Shown here: in pieces, positions 46,101 through 64,000 of the stretch
Numbering within the stretch: the stretch's first letter is position 1
Layout of the letters: each line of letters starts with the position of its first letter
NCBI RefSeq assembly: GCF_009914755.1
Contig: NC_060938.1
Reading direction: 5' to 3' (one strand)
DNA: 64,000 bases
Source of the DNA: the human T2T-CHM13v2.0 reference genome, Homo sapiens
Position numbers and translations under genes: made by a program
Notes under the pieces: model-generated
The model's input: only the letters and a program-made list of their open reading frames with translations
Told to the model about the DNA's origin: nothing
Database searches by the model: none

Positions 46101-46731
46101 ATATTTTCATTAAATGTAATCATATCCCTTCCTAGTCAGTTTGTATATACAGACAAAGCAGAATATTTACTAGGTTTGGATCGATGGAAAAATAGAAAAA
46201 TCTTGGTAAACAAACTTAAAAGTTTTTGTTCTGTCTATGACTTTCACATATGTGCTCAGCCTTCAAGTTTCTCCCTGGTAGTCTAGAAGAAGCTGAAAAG
46301 ACTTCACTTATTTAGGAACCATTCACTAAGAACCTAATGTGCATAAGGAAGGAAAAATAATTCAAGAGCTCGCCACCCAACAACCTAACTGAACATATCG
46401 AAGTCATCAGAATTTCTGGCCAACTTTACATATTCAAATCATTTAGCCAGTCTGCTTATGTATTGATCCAATATAATAAAAATTTCTAAATCAGTCATGT
46501 TATAGCATTATACATTCAGTTAGAACTATCAGCTACAGGAAAGTCACCCAGAAATCCAATGGACTAGAAGCCAGTAGATGGCAAAAACTCCTTTGAAAAA
46601 ATAACACATGGAAATATAAAGCTGATTTCCAAACAGAATTAAATAAATGAAAATGATATATATTCTAGTATAAAAATATTTATATGATGAACTTACGAAT
46701 AATTTAAAAATTAATAATAGACATCTTTCAC

Positions 46732-47220
46732 TTTTTTTTCCTTCCAACCTTTATATTAGGTTTGGGGGTACATATGCAGGTTTGTTACATGGGCAAATTG
46801 CATGTTACTAGGGTTTGGTGTACAAATTATTTCAGCACTCAGGTAGTAAGCATAGTACCCAATACCTAGTTTTTCAATCCTCGCCCACCTCCCACCCTCC
46901 ACCCTCAAGTAGGCCTCAGTGTCACTTGTTTCCTTGTGTCCATATGTACTCAATGTTTAGCTCCCACTTATAAATAAGAACATGCAGTGTTTGGTTTTCT
47001 GTTCCTGCATTAATTCAATTAGGATAATGGCCTCTGGCTATATCAATGTTGCTGCAAAGAACATTATTTCATTCTTCTATATGGCTGCATAGTATTCCAT
47101 GGTACATATACCTCATTTTCTTTACCCAGTCCACCATTAATGGGCATCTAGGTTGATTCCATGTCTCTGTCATTGTGAATAGTGCTGTGATGAACATATG
47201 TGTGCATATGTCTTTATGAA
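46732..47220 (-). mobile_element. LINE-1 3' fragment (L1PA15/16-like)
   Basis: Antisense 3'UTR gggggtacatatgcaggtttgttacatgggcaaattgcatg. Confidence 0.9.
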
Positions 47221-48409
47221 CAACTTTTAGAATGACTTTTCATTTCAAAACTTTCATCTACCCCTATATTACAGGTTTTTATATCTGAAACATAATCAAT
47301 CTATTTTCACCAGATTTGTGGAACTTTGCTTGATTACCTCAGTTAAAGAACAAACTGCATCTAATCTGACCTGTGAATTAAAATTTGTATACAATCTTTT
47401 TATAGTCACAGTCAAACAATTGTATTTTCAGGTAACAGGAAGATAACATATTTCTGCTTGTGCAACTTGTTTCAAATACACATAAATTAAAAATATTAAA
47501 AGTCATAAATAAAAGCATTAAGAGCAGAGTAGGTAGTGAAAGGAACTCCTCTAGCAGCAAAACATTGAATTTTAGTTCTTCCTCTTAAAAACATTTATTT
47601 AAATTCTCATGTAAATAGTGTCATTCTAAAGTACTACACATGCAGAATGAAATAAGTAGGCATAGCTGGCTCCTGGCCATAGCAGATGGAAGGAAACCAA
47701 TGAAGCAGTTAAACATCAAGCTAAGGAGTTCACATGAGCACACACTTGCACACAAACACACATACACACAAACCCTCAATGAATATTATCCAGTGTTAAT
47801 GAAGTATTCAGTTTCACTGGGAATCTCAGATGACAGGTGACATTAATTAAAATATTAACAATTTTGTAAACACTAACAAGGTGAATGTGCTCTTGCCACT
47901 CAGTGAAAATATGCAAGGACATTAATTTGCATTTGCACATGCACAAATCAGCTAAAACTTTCTAATTTCAGGGCTCCTTCCTACACAGAACAGCTTTCAG
48001 AAGCATGCCCCAAAATGCACACAAAATCTTTTGCTATAACCTCTTGGCAACTTCCAGGATTCATAAAACCATTTTTAAAAGGCACCCTCAGTAACCTTGA
48101 CATTCAGAAGATCTGTGAATCTTATCCATAGTCTAGCAGTCCCATGTTCCATCACCTCTGCTAGCAGAGGATGGACACTTGCTGCCTGCTGGGCAATTTG
48201 CGGGCAGGATTCATTCATGTTCCCTCTGCCCCAGGTAATTTATGATTCTGTTTTTAGCATTTCCAATGTAGCCAGGCCAGCTGGATTCCTCCTGGGAAGT
48301 AGCATTGGGATTATTCATGAGGCACAGAATGAGATAGGACAGCTGGGTCAAAAGGGAAAGGAACTGTAGAATGTCCTCATCCCCGCTTTGCCCATTAAAA
48401 TATATTGTC

Positions 48410-48522
48410 ACTGACTAGCTGTGTATTCTTCTGCCAGTCACCTCATCTCTTTGGACTTCAGTTCCTTATCTGTAAAATAATAGAATTAAAACTCTGAAGT
48501 ACCTTCCAGCTCAAACAGTCTA
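48410..48522 (+). mobile_element. MIR (MIR3/MIRc-like) fragment
   Basis: cactgactagctgtgt...ggacttcagttccttatctgtaaaataa...ccttccagctc. Confidence 0.65.
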
Positions 48523-48736
48523 TGAAAAGTAGCTTAGGAGTATTCTATGCACCTAAAACGTATATAAATCTACTGAGGAAGAAGGGTCCATGATGAAAAA
48601 GGCATTTAAAAATGCACAGAAAAGACCAGATGTCTTATAAAAATGGAAGTTAACTGAGAAGAAATTTGTAAACTCCAAACAAAACATGAAACACTGGGTG
48701 ATAAGTAGAATTCTTGCTCTCAATTTGTCACTCCCC

Positions 48737-49157
48737 TGTAATAGTTTATATCCTTGCCATATATCTTGACAGTATGGGGAAGGTACTTCCCCATCCCTTA
48801 ATCTTGGACTTGGCCACGTGACTCACTATGACCAACAGGATATTAGTGAAAGTAATACAAAGTAGAGACATAAAATGTGCTTGTGCATTTGGGTTGCTCT
48901 CCTAACCTCCTGCCATTGCCAGAGGGAAAATATACAATAGGTCGTCACTCATCAGTCTGAACTCCAGAAAAGACCCATGAAGCAGTCTTGAACCAAGCCT
49001 GCAGCCTAGAGCCAAGACCAGCTGAGCCTAGGTAAACTTCACACAGCCCACAGACCCACGAGCAAAAAAAAAAAAAAAAAAAAAAAAAAATTGTGATAGA
49101 CCACTGAGGTTTAAGGGTCATTACAAACCATTATTACAACAAAAGCTGACAAATACA
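48737..49157 (+). mobile_element. MaLR solo LTR (MLT1I/J2-like)
   Basis: ggacttggccacgtgactcactatgaccaacagga...gcctgcagcctagagccaag...aaagctgacaaataca; contains an A27 run. Confidence 0.72.
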
Positions 49158-49950
49158 CTCTACATGGAAATAACATATTGAAAATGGAGAAAATGCCTAG
49201 AGGACCTGAGAGGCTAAACACCTAGGTAGGTATCACAGAACCTGGAATGAAGTGTACTCAACATGGTCACAAGTGTGTAAAAATGACAGTGAAAACAATT
49301 TTAAAACCATACACGAACGACAGCAGGATCCTCTGTACTCAATTTTAAATGAACATCATTAATAACCATATATGGTTAGCTTGATGACCTTAATTAGGCC
49401 TTAACTGGGTAGAAGGTAAAACTAGTTCAAAAATCTAAACAATTCTGAAACTTCCTTCAGACCATTTGTTCTCACAAACTACCACATACCATCCTGTCAT
49501 ATTATCTGAGCCAGGGAATGCTACAGATGCATCTCATAAGCATGATGCTGTCGAGCACACACCTGCTGAAGAGACAATGTTTCAGCATTTCTCCTAGGAT
49601 CCAGAGGCTACTAAATCTGAACAAATCAACTTTATAGGAAATGTGCACATATCTGTTCTGTAATTAAATGGTAAATGTTGCCATTTGATTTTTATGCTTC
49701 TCTATTGGAGCCAGCGGCACGTCCTGCTCAGCCAACTTTAGGGCTTTTACAGTAAATGCAGCAAGGTCTTAGGTTTAGCAGCTTAGTTCTGTTTAAAAAC
49801 TAGATAGAGAGAAGCAGAGAATAAATGAAGCAGAGAAGATAAGCTCCAAAAACTCAGTCAATATCAGAGCACCACTCACGCTAAGAATGAAGTATCTGTT
49901 ATTTTTACCACTTGATAATAGAATTATGTAGCCAATTAAAACAAAGTTTG

Positions 49951-56729
<6,779 letters not shown>

Positions 56730-58726
56730 AAAACAAAAGTTTGTAAAAATTTGCAATCATCTATAAATTGCTTATGCTATAATGTTAAATGAAAAAAGCA
56801 GCATACAAAGTAGTATCCAAAGTAAGGTCACAACAATGTAAAAAGAAAAGGCACTAGAAAACCAGGTTTGGAATATTCTCAGAATTGTTGACATGTTGTC
56901 TTTAAGTGATGAAACACTAGGCTGATAAAATATTTTTATTTCTATTTTTCCACATTTTTCCATATTTTTCATATTGAATATGCTCTATTCAAATAAAATA
57001 CCACTGGAAATTACATTTCCTAAATGACAAATTTGTTTTTATAAAATGTAGTTTTCCATTTTTGTATGCCTCCTTTTTCTGTCTTCTCCCACATCCTTAC
57101 CAAAAAAGGTGAAAAGCAAATTAATATTGCAATAGAGATATCTGATCTTCAAAAGTTTTGTTTATTAGCAACGACACAAATGTTTGTTCCCACAGCTAAA
57201 ATTACAGCTGCATTTTTAAAGTACATTGCTAACCAGAGCAATGAAATACTATAATCTCTACAAAATAGTTGACATTGCCTTATAGTATAGTCATTAAAAA
57301 TAAAGGTGCTATTTTATTACTGTAAAACCAAGGAAATTTTGACATTACCAAGCACATGAAAATATTGTGTCCCAAACACACACCAATCATGTCTCCAAAT
57401 TTTAATTATTTTCAGCCAAATAGACTGGCCTGCCTCAAAAGTTATATTAAAATAAATTGTAAATTTTGTAATCTCAGAAATAGTTAGCATGCTCTTTCTC
57501 CCAGATAGCTTCAAATAATTTTATTTAATAGAATATCATGATCTCTATTTCTTCAAAGACAAGTAGAATATAGAAATATGAAATGATTTTCCCAGGGTCA
57601 CACAGAGTAAAATATAATTCTGTTAGACACTCTCCGATTTATGAATGTTTCTTGGATTTGTTTGATTTAACAAACATTAAAAGCCTGAAAATATGTTACC
57701 ACTGGGTTGTGTGGAGAAAATGGTTTTTTAAAATCAAAATTCCTACATTGCAAATGTAATTTTGAATATATCAATATTTAGTGTTTGTATTTCCAAAGCA
57801 AACATTTGGAAAAAATAAAGCTACTTCCTACTTGGCTTTGTGGGGAATTGCTACTAATAACTATTGTTAAACATTCTGCAAAAATGTGACATGCAATCCC
57901 ATTGCCTGCTAATAAGCTTATCAGAACAAAGCATAAATAAATAACTCTTGCTATTGTTTTTTAGCTTCAGAAAATAACAAGTCCTCTTAATCATTGATAA
58001 ATTTTATGCATTTAAAATCTAGAAACATTTATGAAAAATTAGTAGTAAAAATAGTAGTTTTTCCATTTTCTGCCCATTTTACTTACTCCATTTTGAGGAA
58101 GAAGAGTGACAAATAGGATTAGTAAATTCAGGCTGAATGGAAAAGGTATGCTCCAATTAGCTTGACTGTTCTTCCTCTTGAGAGCATGAGTTCTCTCTGC
58201 TCCTTCACATCCAAAGCCTTCACCCTCCTCCTGGAGGGGAATTCTGCCCCAGCTGGTGCTACCTAGGTGGGGCCAGGTAGTTCTGCCTAACTCAGAGCTT
58301 CCCCTGTTAGCAACCCACAGAGCCAACAGAGCCAAAGCCGTTGCCTCCCTCCTGCCTCCAAGCAGGAAACAGGCAATTTTTGGCCCCATCTTTATGCTGT
58401 TTTACATCTCAACTTGTTCAGAAACCAAGCCTCTTTGAGCACCACTTTTAGGGAAGTTTTGTTCCAACAGGGCTGTAGCAAAACACTATACTTGCTCTCA
58501 GAGGAAGAGTTTTCATTCAGTACTGATTGATTTGAAAAAACTCCAAGCCAAATCTACTGACTGATTTATAAGGAAGCCATCAATCATCACATAAGACAGT
58601 GAGTTCCACACTTGAAAAATTTGCTTACCAACATCACAATTTCTGGCCATATCACTCTACCACTTATATTATTATTTATTACTTTTTTTCTATTAAAAGG
58701 CTCATTTATTTTTACTTGCCAGGCAC

Positions 58727-59091
58727 TGTATTAGTCTGTCCTCATGCCGCTAATAAAGACATACCTGAGACTGGGTAATTTATAAAGAAAAAGTGGCTTA
58801 ATAGATTCACAGTTCTACATGGCTGGGGGGCCTCACAATCATGGTGGGAGGCAAAGGAGGAGCAAAGGCATGTTTTACATGGTGGCAGGCAAGAGAACGT
58901 GTGCAGGGAAACTGCCCTTTATAAAACCATCGGATCTTTTGAGACTTATTCATTATCATGAACACAGCACAAGAAAACCTGCCCCCATGATTCAGTTACC
59001 TCCCACCAGGTCCCTCCCATGACACACCTGGGGATAATGGGAACTACAATTCAAGGTGAGAGTTGGGTGGTGACACAGCCAAGCCATATCA
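58727..59091 (-). mobile_element. THE1 solo LTR (THE1C-like) inserted into a MIR
   Basis: tgtattagtctgtcctcatgccgctaataaagac...ccatatca; perfect TSD ggcac (58722-58726, 59092-59096). Confidence 0.96.
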
Positions 59092-59096
59092 GGCAC

Positions 59097-59290
59097 AATT
59101 ATAAATGCTTTATAAATATTAACTCTTTTAATTCTCACAACAATCCTATGAGGTAGGTATTATTATTGCTATAATTTTAGGATGAGAAAACTGATGCATG
59201 GAAAGATCAGTAATTTGGCTCAAAGTCAGACAGCAACTGGAATCCGCTCCACCTGTGCTGGCTCCATGGTCACCTCTGACCTACCACAAA
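59097..59290 (-). mobile_element. MIR SINE (continues about 58700-58726 on the other side of THE1)
   Basis: ttaattctcacaacaatcctatgaggtaggtattattatt...gatgagaaaactga. Confidence 0.8.
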
Positions 59291-59542
59291 TATAGAAAGT
59301 GATCATGACAAAGGCAGTCAAAAGACATGAATGTTATCACATTATAAAAATGAAAATAAAATGCAAAGCATAATACTAATTGATTAACAAAAACTCACAC
59401 CTGGAAATTCTATTTTTCTTTGTGCCAAAAATAGCTGTTAATGATTATTTGATAACAAAATTTAAAACTTAAAAATTAAAATGAAATACACAGAGTAATA
59501 GCCAGTCAATTTATAAAAATATACTCCTGAAAATTCTTTCTC

Positions 59543-59752
59543 CAGCTTGGGCAATATGGCAAGATCCCATTTCTATAAAAAATTAAATTAAAAAACCATT
59601 TTCTGGGTGTGGTGGTGCAAAACTGCGGTGCCAGCTAGTCAAGAGGCTGAGGAAGGAGGATCCCTTGAGTCCAGGAGGTCAAGGCTGCAGTGAGCCACGA
59701 TGGCACCCCTGCACTCCAGCCTGGGTGACAGAGCGAGACTCCGTCTCAAAAA
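59543..59752 (+). mobile_element. 5'-truncated AluJ
   Basis: Starts at cagcttgggcaatatggc; TSD gaaaatt(c/t)tttctc (59529-59542, 59753-59766); very short A-tail. Confidence 0.9.
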
Positions 59753-60194
59753 GAAAATTTTTTCTCATGCAAGAAATTAACTGCTGATAAGTCAGTATCA
59801 ACAACTTCATTTTAAGTGGCTTTATGACTAATTAGAGGGAAGTGCCCTGAAAAAGGATTTTAATCCATTGTTCTTCTTTTTTTCTAGGTCCAGAGCAGAA
59901 ATCTACAGGAGGTTGAATAGCCCTGAATCACTCTGAGTTTACATAGTGGCATTTTTTGCCCAGCCACATTCTTCAATGTCTTTTTGGTAATGATTTTTAT
60001 TCCTCCTATGCACCCCCACACGTTTTTCCCCGCCAGGAACCTACCTCCAAGTGATCCATGTGGTCAGCAGAAAGCGAATTACAGTTCTTGGCTCTACCAC
60101 TTCAGTTTCACCTAAGCAATAACACTGTATCTGTGAAACCAAGGCTTTGATGGGCTATTCTTTTCACAAAGTTTGCATGTAAGGGAGACAGTGT

Positions 60195-60586
60195 TAAGTG
60201 TCTCTCCCTCCCCCATTTCATTTGCCTCCTAGTCACACAGCTAGGATACATTTCCCAGCTTTCCTTGCAGTTAGGTGGAATCATGTGACTGACTTCTGGC
60301 CAATAGACTATGAGTAGAAGTGATTCATGGCATTTGCAGTCCTGGCCCCTAAATAACTCCATGCCCTCTTTTGGTCTGTGCAGTGGCTAGAAGAAGCAGA
60401 CTCCACGACCCAGAAGAACCTAAAGCCCCAAATAGGGGTCTGATTCCCTGATTGACTGTGGTACAGAAGATCCACCCCCATCAAAGCCCACATTGGACCA
60501 TAGTGTGAAGTGAGAAATCACCCTTTACTGTCTTAACTCATAGGTTTTCAGGTTCTTGATTACAGCACTTTATTCTAATTAATATA
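60195..60586 (+). mobile_element. MaLR solo LTR (MLT1J-like)
   Basis: tacatttcccagctttccttgcagttaggtggaatcatgtgactgacttctggccaatag...gagaaatcaccctttactgt. Confidence 0.75.
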
Positions 60587-62174
60587 ATGCATTACAGCAA
60601 ATGCTTAACTCTTGATATTTAAAAATTGTTCATCTGTGATTCCCTTAAAATGACCATTATTTGGTAAACACTGTTATCGGAGACACTGCCCCACACGGCT
60701 TGATTATTCTTTCCTTAAAATGTGCTTCCAGAAGCTGACAAAATTAATCAAAGACTGCATCATACCAAGTCATCTTCCAGCAAACTCTGCTCTGTAATTT
60801 AATGAGTTTTCTCTTTCTGCCAATCCTTCACTATAACTGGCACATTGAATAAGCAGGACTCATGGGATTTAATCATAAAACTTGTTTTTTTCCACTGTCT
60901 CTTTAAACCTGGTCAGGTCCTTCCCTTAACCTTGACTATTATGGTCATGCTTAGGTAAAAGAACGATCTACTGTCATTTTAAATCACTATTGTAGTCTCA
61001 ACTCAGTATTGAAATATGTTTAGTTGGATGCAGTAATCACAAGATCAATCATCATTCAAGTTGAGACTTCTCCCTGTCACATGCCCCTCCTCCATCCTGA
61101 GCCAGCAGCCTGCTACTCCCCCATCCTAGGGAAAGAGGCATTGTTAACACCTGTACTAAATTCTTGCTCCCCCCACTACTTACCAGCTGTTGTTTCTGAC
61201 CTGTGTCCCACCCAGGGTTGAAGCCGTGAGGGTGAAGAAGTAAAAGGCCAAGAAAATTCTTATTGGACAGGTACTATAATAAGATAGTACTGTCCTTTCT
61301 GGTTCTGGGGAGCATTTGAAGCTGACATTTTCTATTGCGTGTATCCCTGTGGATTTTCATAATTTTACTTTTTGTTTGTTTACAGCAGTTTAGAACAGTT
61401 GATGGAGATTATGGGACAGGGAGCCCCTCAAAATTATTCCTGACACCATCACTGGCTATCCTCAATTTTAGCCTCTCTTCTCACCGTCCTCAGTATCAAC
61501 ACCTGGTATCTTTCACACAGGATCAAGTGAGCCCAATCTTCCTGCAACAAAGTCTGTAGTACCTGACAGCTCTCAAGATTGTCCATAGTAAGCTGTATAG
61601 CCCCTTCTTTGACCTTATCAGTGTCTGCTCATGGCCTATGCAGTATTTCAGAGAACACTATGCAAAAAGGCCAGGCCTTAGCTTGGAGGTGAGAACTCTG
61701 AATTGCACAAGTCTTAGCTAGTCTCAAAGAAAAAGGCTCATTCTACCCCATATAGGAGTGAAAGTGACCATTCAGACTATACACACCTGGAAGGTGTGGC
61801 CCCATCTTCATAATTCCTCTAAGGCAGATGAATGTTTTGTCTAGATTTGCATAGTATTAGGCAATTCTAATATTGTCAGGTGACAAACTGACTTATTAAG
61901 GGAAGCTCTGTCCCAAATCCCAGTTTTTGAGACAATAAATAAAACATTTCTTATAAATATCCTGACTTCAAAGTAGAGGACACTGGGTAACAGAGACCTC
62001 TCTGGCAGAGCTAAGCAGGAGAGGCGACTCACTGAAGTTTGATTAGGGATCTGGAATTACAGCGAAAGCAGCAACTTCTCTGAACTTAACTACCCAGTAT
62101 TTATCACTTGAATAGAATAATTTTTCCTCATTTCCCACCAAAAGTGGGCACCAAAGTTTAGAAAGGTGGGGAAA

Positions 62175-62395
62175 GGTAGAGTGGAAAGATGAAGCATTTC
62201 AGTGTGAGCTCATGTTCAGAATCTCTACTTACTAGCTGTGTGACTTGGGGCAAGTTACATAATCTTTCTGAGCCTCAATTGTCTCGGCTCTAGAATAAGC
62301 CAAGTAGGTATGGCAGAGGTATTATGAGAATTAAATAAAATGTATATCAGGAGGCCTAAAACAATCAGTGCCTGGCATTTAACAGATACTGAACA
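62175..62395 (+). mobile_element. MIR SINE
   Basis: ctacttactagctgtgtgacttggggcaagttacataatctttctgagcctcaattgtctc. Confidence 0.82.
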
Positions 62396-62716
62396 AATAG
62401 CCCTTCCCCTTTCCACCTTCAAAGGACCACCACAGATGTGGAAGACGTGGTATTCTGCAGGTGTTTTCAGTTTGTAAAGTGCTTTTAGCTTTTAAAGCAC
62501 CTTCATAGCTGTTTTCTTTGTTTTCTAAAGAGAAAAGGAAGATGTGAAGAAAAGAAATACAAAAAGAGGAAACTCTGGAAGATGGACAGAACATTGCATA
62601 ACAAAAACGATGGCTAGCAGACTTGGAATGTGCATGTAGAGTTTTCACAAGGCAAGCGACAGTCAAGTGAGAGTGAGTTAACTCTGCAGTAAACGTTCTC
62701 CAATTTAAATAATAAG

Positions 62717-62947
<231 letters not shown>

Positions 62948-63554
62948 TCAAATGTCTGAGTTTGCTATGAATTTGACTTAGAAATTCATTTTTTAGAAGA
63001 AAAATGTCTTGCTATTGCAGTTGCCCACCAGTGGAGCAACAGTGACACTAGCTAATCAGTGATGTGTATTCCCTAAGGGATACCACCAAGCCAGGCTATT
63101 AAAACTTCCTAAATATAGCTTGTGTGGTGTCATGTCTGCTGGGCTCTTTTAGATCTCAACATCCAAAGCAAGTGTAAATCTGCACTACAGATAAAGTGTG
63201 GCCCAGCTGGAACCCAAACTGTGCCCCTCCCCTCCCACCTCCCTTTCAGAGTCTACTTACATGAGGCCACTCGGTATCCACCAAGATATAAATCATGCTA
63301 AAGAAACAGAGTGTCAGTCCCTACCCTCCTGGCCCACCAGCACTGTTCTTCTGGCCTTTGACTAAGTCCTGGAAAAGGGCGGCTTAGGGAGATATTTCAC
63401 TAAATATATTCACACATCTCTGAGAGGCCCCCAGGCAGCTAGGCTTTGGGAGTATATGACAAAGTGGAGCAAGGAGAGGAGTAAAGGAGCTGTCCTATGT
63501 CACTGGAGTAAACTGTGGCATTTCACCCAGTGCTCAAGGGTCCTGGGGCCCAAT

Positions 63555-63645
63555 GAATTTGGATTTAAATTTATGCTCTGACATTTTCTAAGTGTATGAC
63601 TTGGGGCAAGTTTGTTAACCTCAGCATCATCATCTACAGAACGGA
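63555..63645 (+). mobile_element. MIR fragment
   Basis: gtgtatgacttggggcaagtttgttaacctcagcatcatcatctaca. Confidence 0.55.
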
Positions 63646-63859
63646 CAAAGAAAAAAAAAAGCATCTGTTAGTCTTCCTGAGACTTAAACTAGAACCATGT
63701 AAGAGCAATGCCTTCTGACTTTTCTCAAGTCATGACAGTCACAGAAAATACCACATGTACAGTATAATCCTATGACATAATGCAACTGCTCGATCATAGA
63801 GTTAACAGCATTAGATGTCCTGAGACCACAGGCCGTGACCTTCCTCCCTGAGGGTTGAA

Positions 63860-64000
63860 GGGATAATAATAACAGTGATAGCAAACAGCATCTGTGTAGT
63901 GATTCCTGTGTGCCAGAAGCTGTTCTAAATGCTTTACTTGATTAATTCATTTGATTCTCAGAGCAATAGTATGATATGGGAGTATTATTATCTCTTTTTC
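63860..64000 (-). mobile_element. MIR SINE (runs off the window)
   Basis: tgtgccagaagctgttctaaatgctttacttgattaattcatttgattctca. Confidence 0.7.

Noticed and set aside
63020-63040. CTCF/RFX-like motif gttgcccaccagtggagcaac
   Set aside because: Spacing does not fit either consensus well.

Overview
Primate (human-like) non-coding genomic DNA made up mostly of decayed interspersed repeats. No intact protein-coding gene, tRNA, rRNA or CRISPR is supported. By my coordinates roughly half the window is LINE-1. Three TSD-bounded, near full-length L1s (L1PA13-like 24991-33018, L1PB1-like 36367-43940, L1PA10-like 49951-56729) all lie on the + strand, with a near full-length Tigger2 transposon (33182-36102) between the first two. 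The rest is AluJ/AluS copies, MaLR solo LTRs (THE1, MST, MLT1), MIRs, a MER91 and microsatellites. The ORFs I could assign are broken L1 ORF1/ORF2, Tigger transposase or Alu read-throughs; the remainder look like chance ORFs. The most interesting structures are: (i) a TSD-less L1PA7-like insertion that replaced about 2.45 kb of its L1PB host; (ii) a 112-bp TA-flanked, almost fully self-complementary hairpin at 17010-17121; (iii) a twin-primed 5'-inverted L1; (iv) a possible short 3' transduction; (v) a CpG-retaining L1PA10 5'UTR with a mutated YY1 site; and (vi) several well-formed candidate exons that could belong to an unannotated spliced RNA. I found no convincing novel biological system. 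Subfamily names are from recalled consensus sequences and need RepeatMasker/Dfam confirmation.
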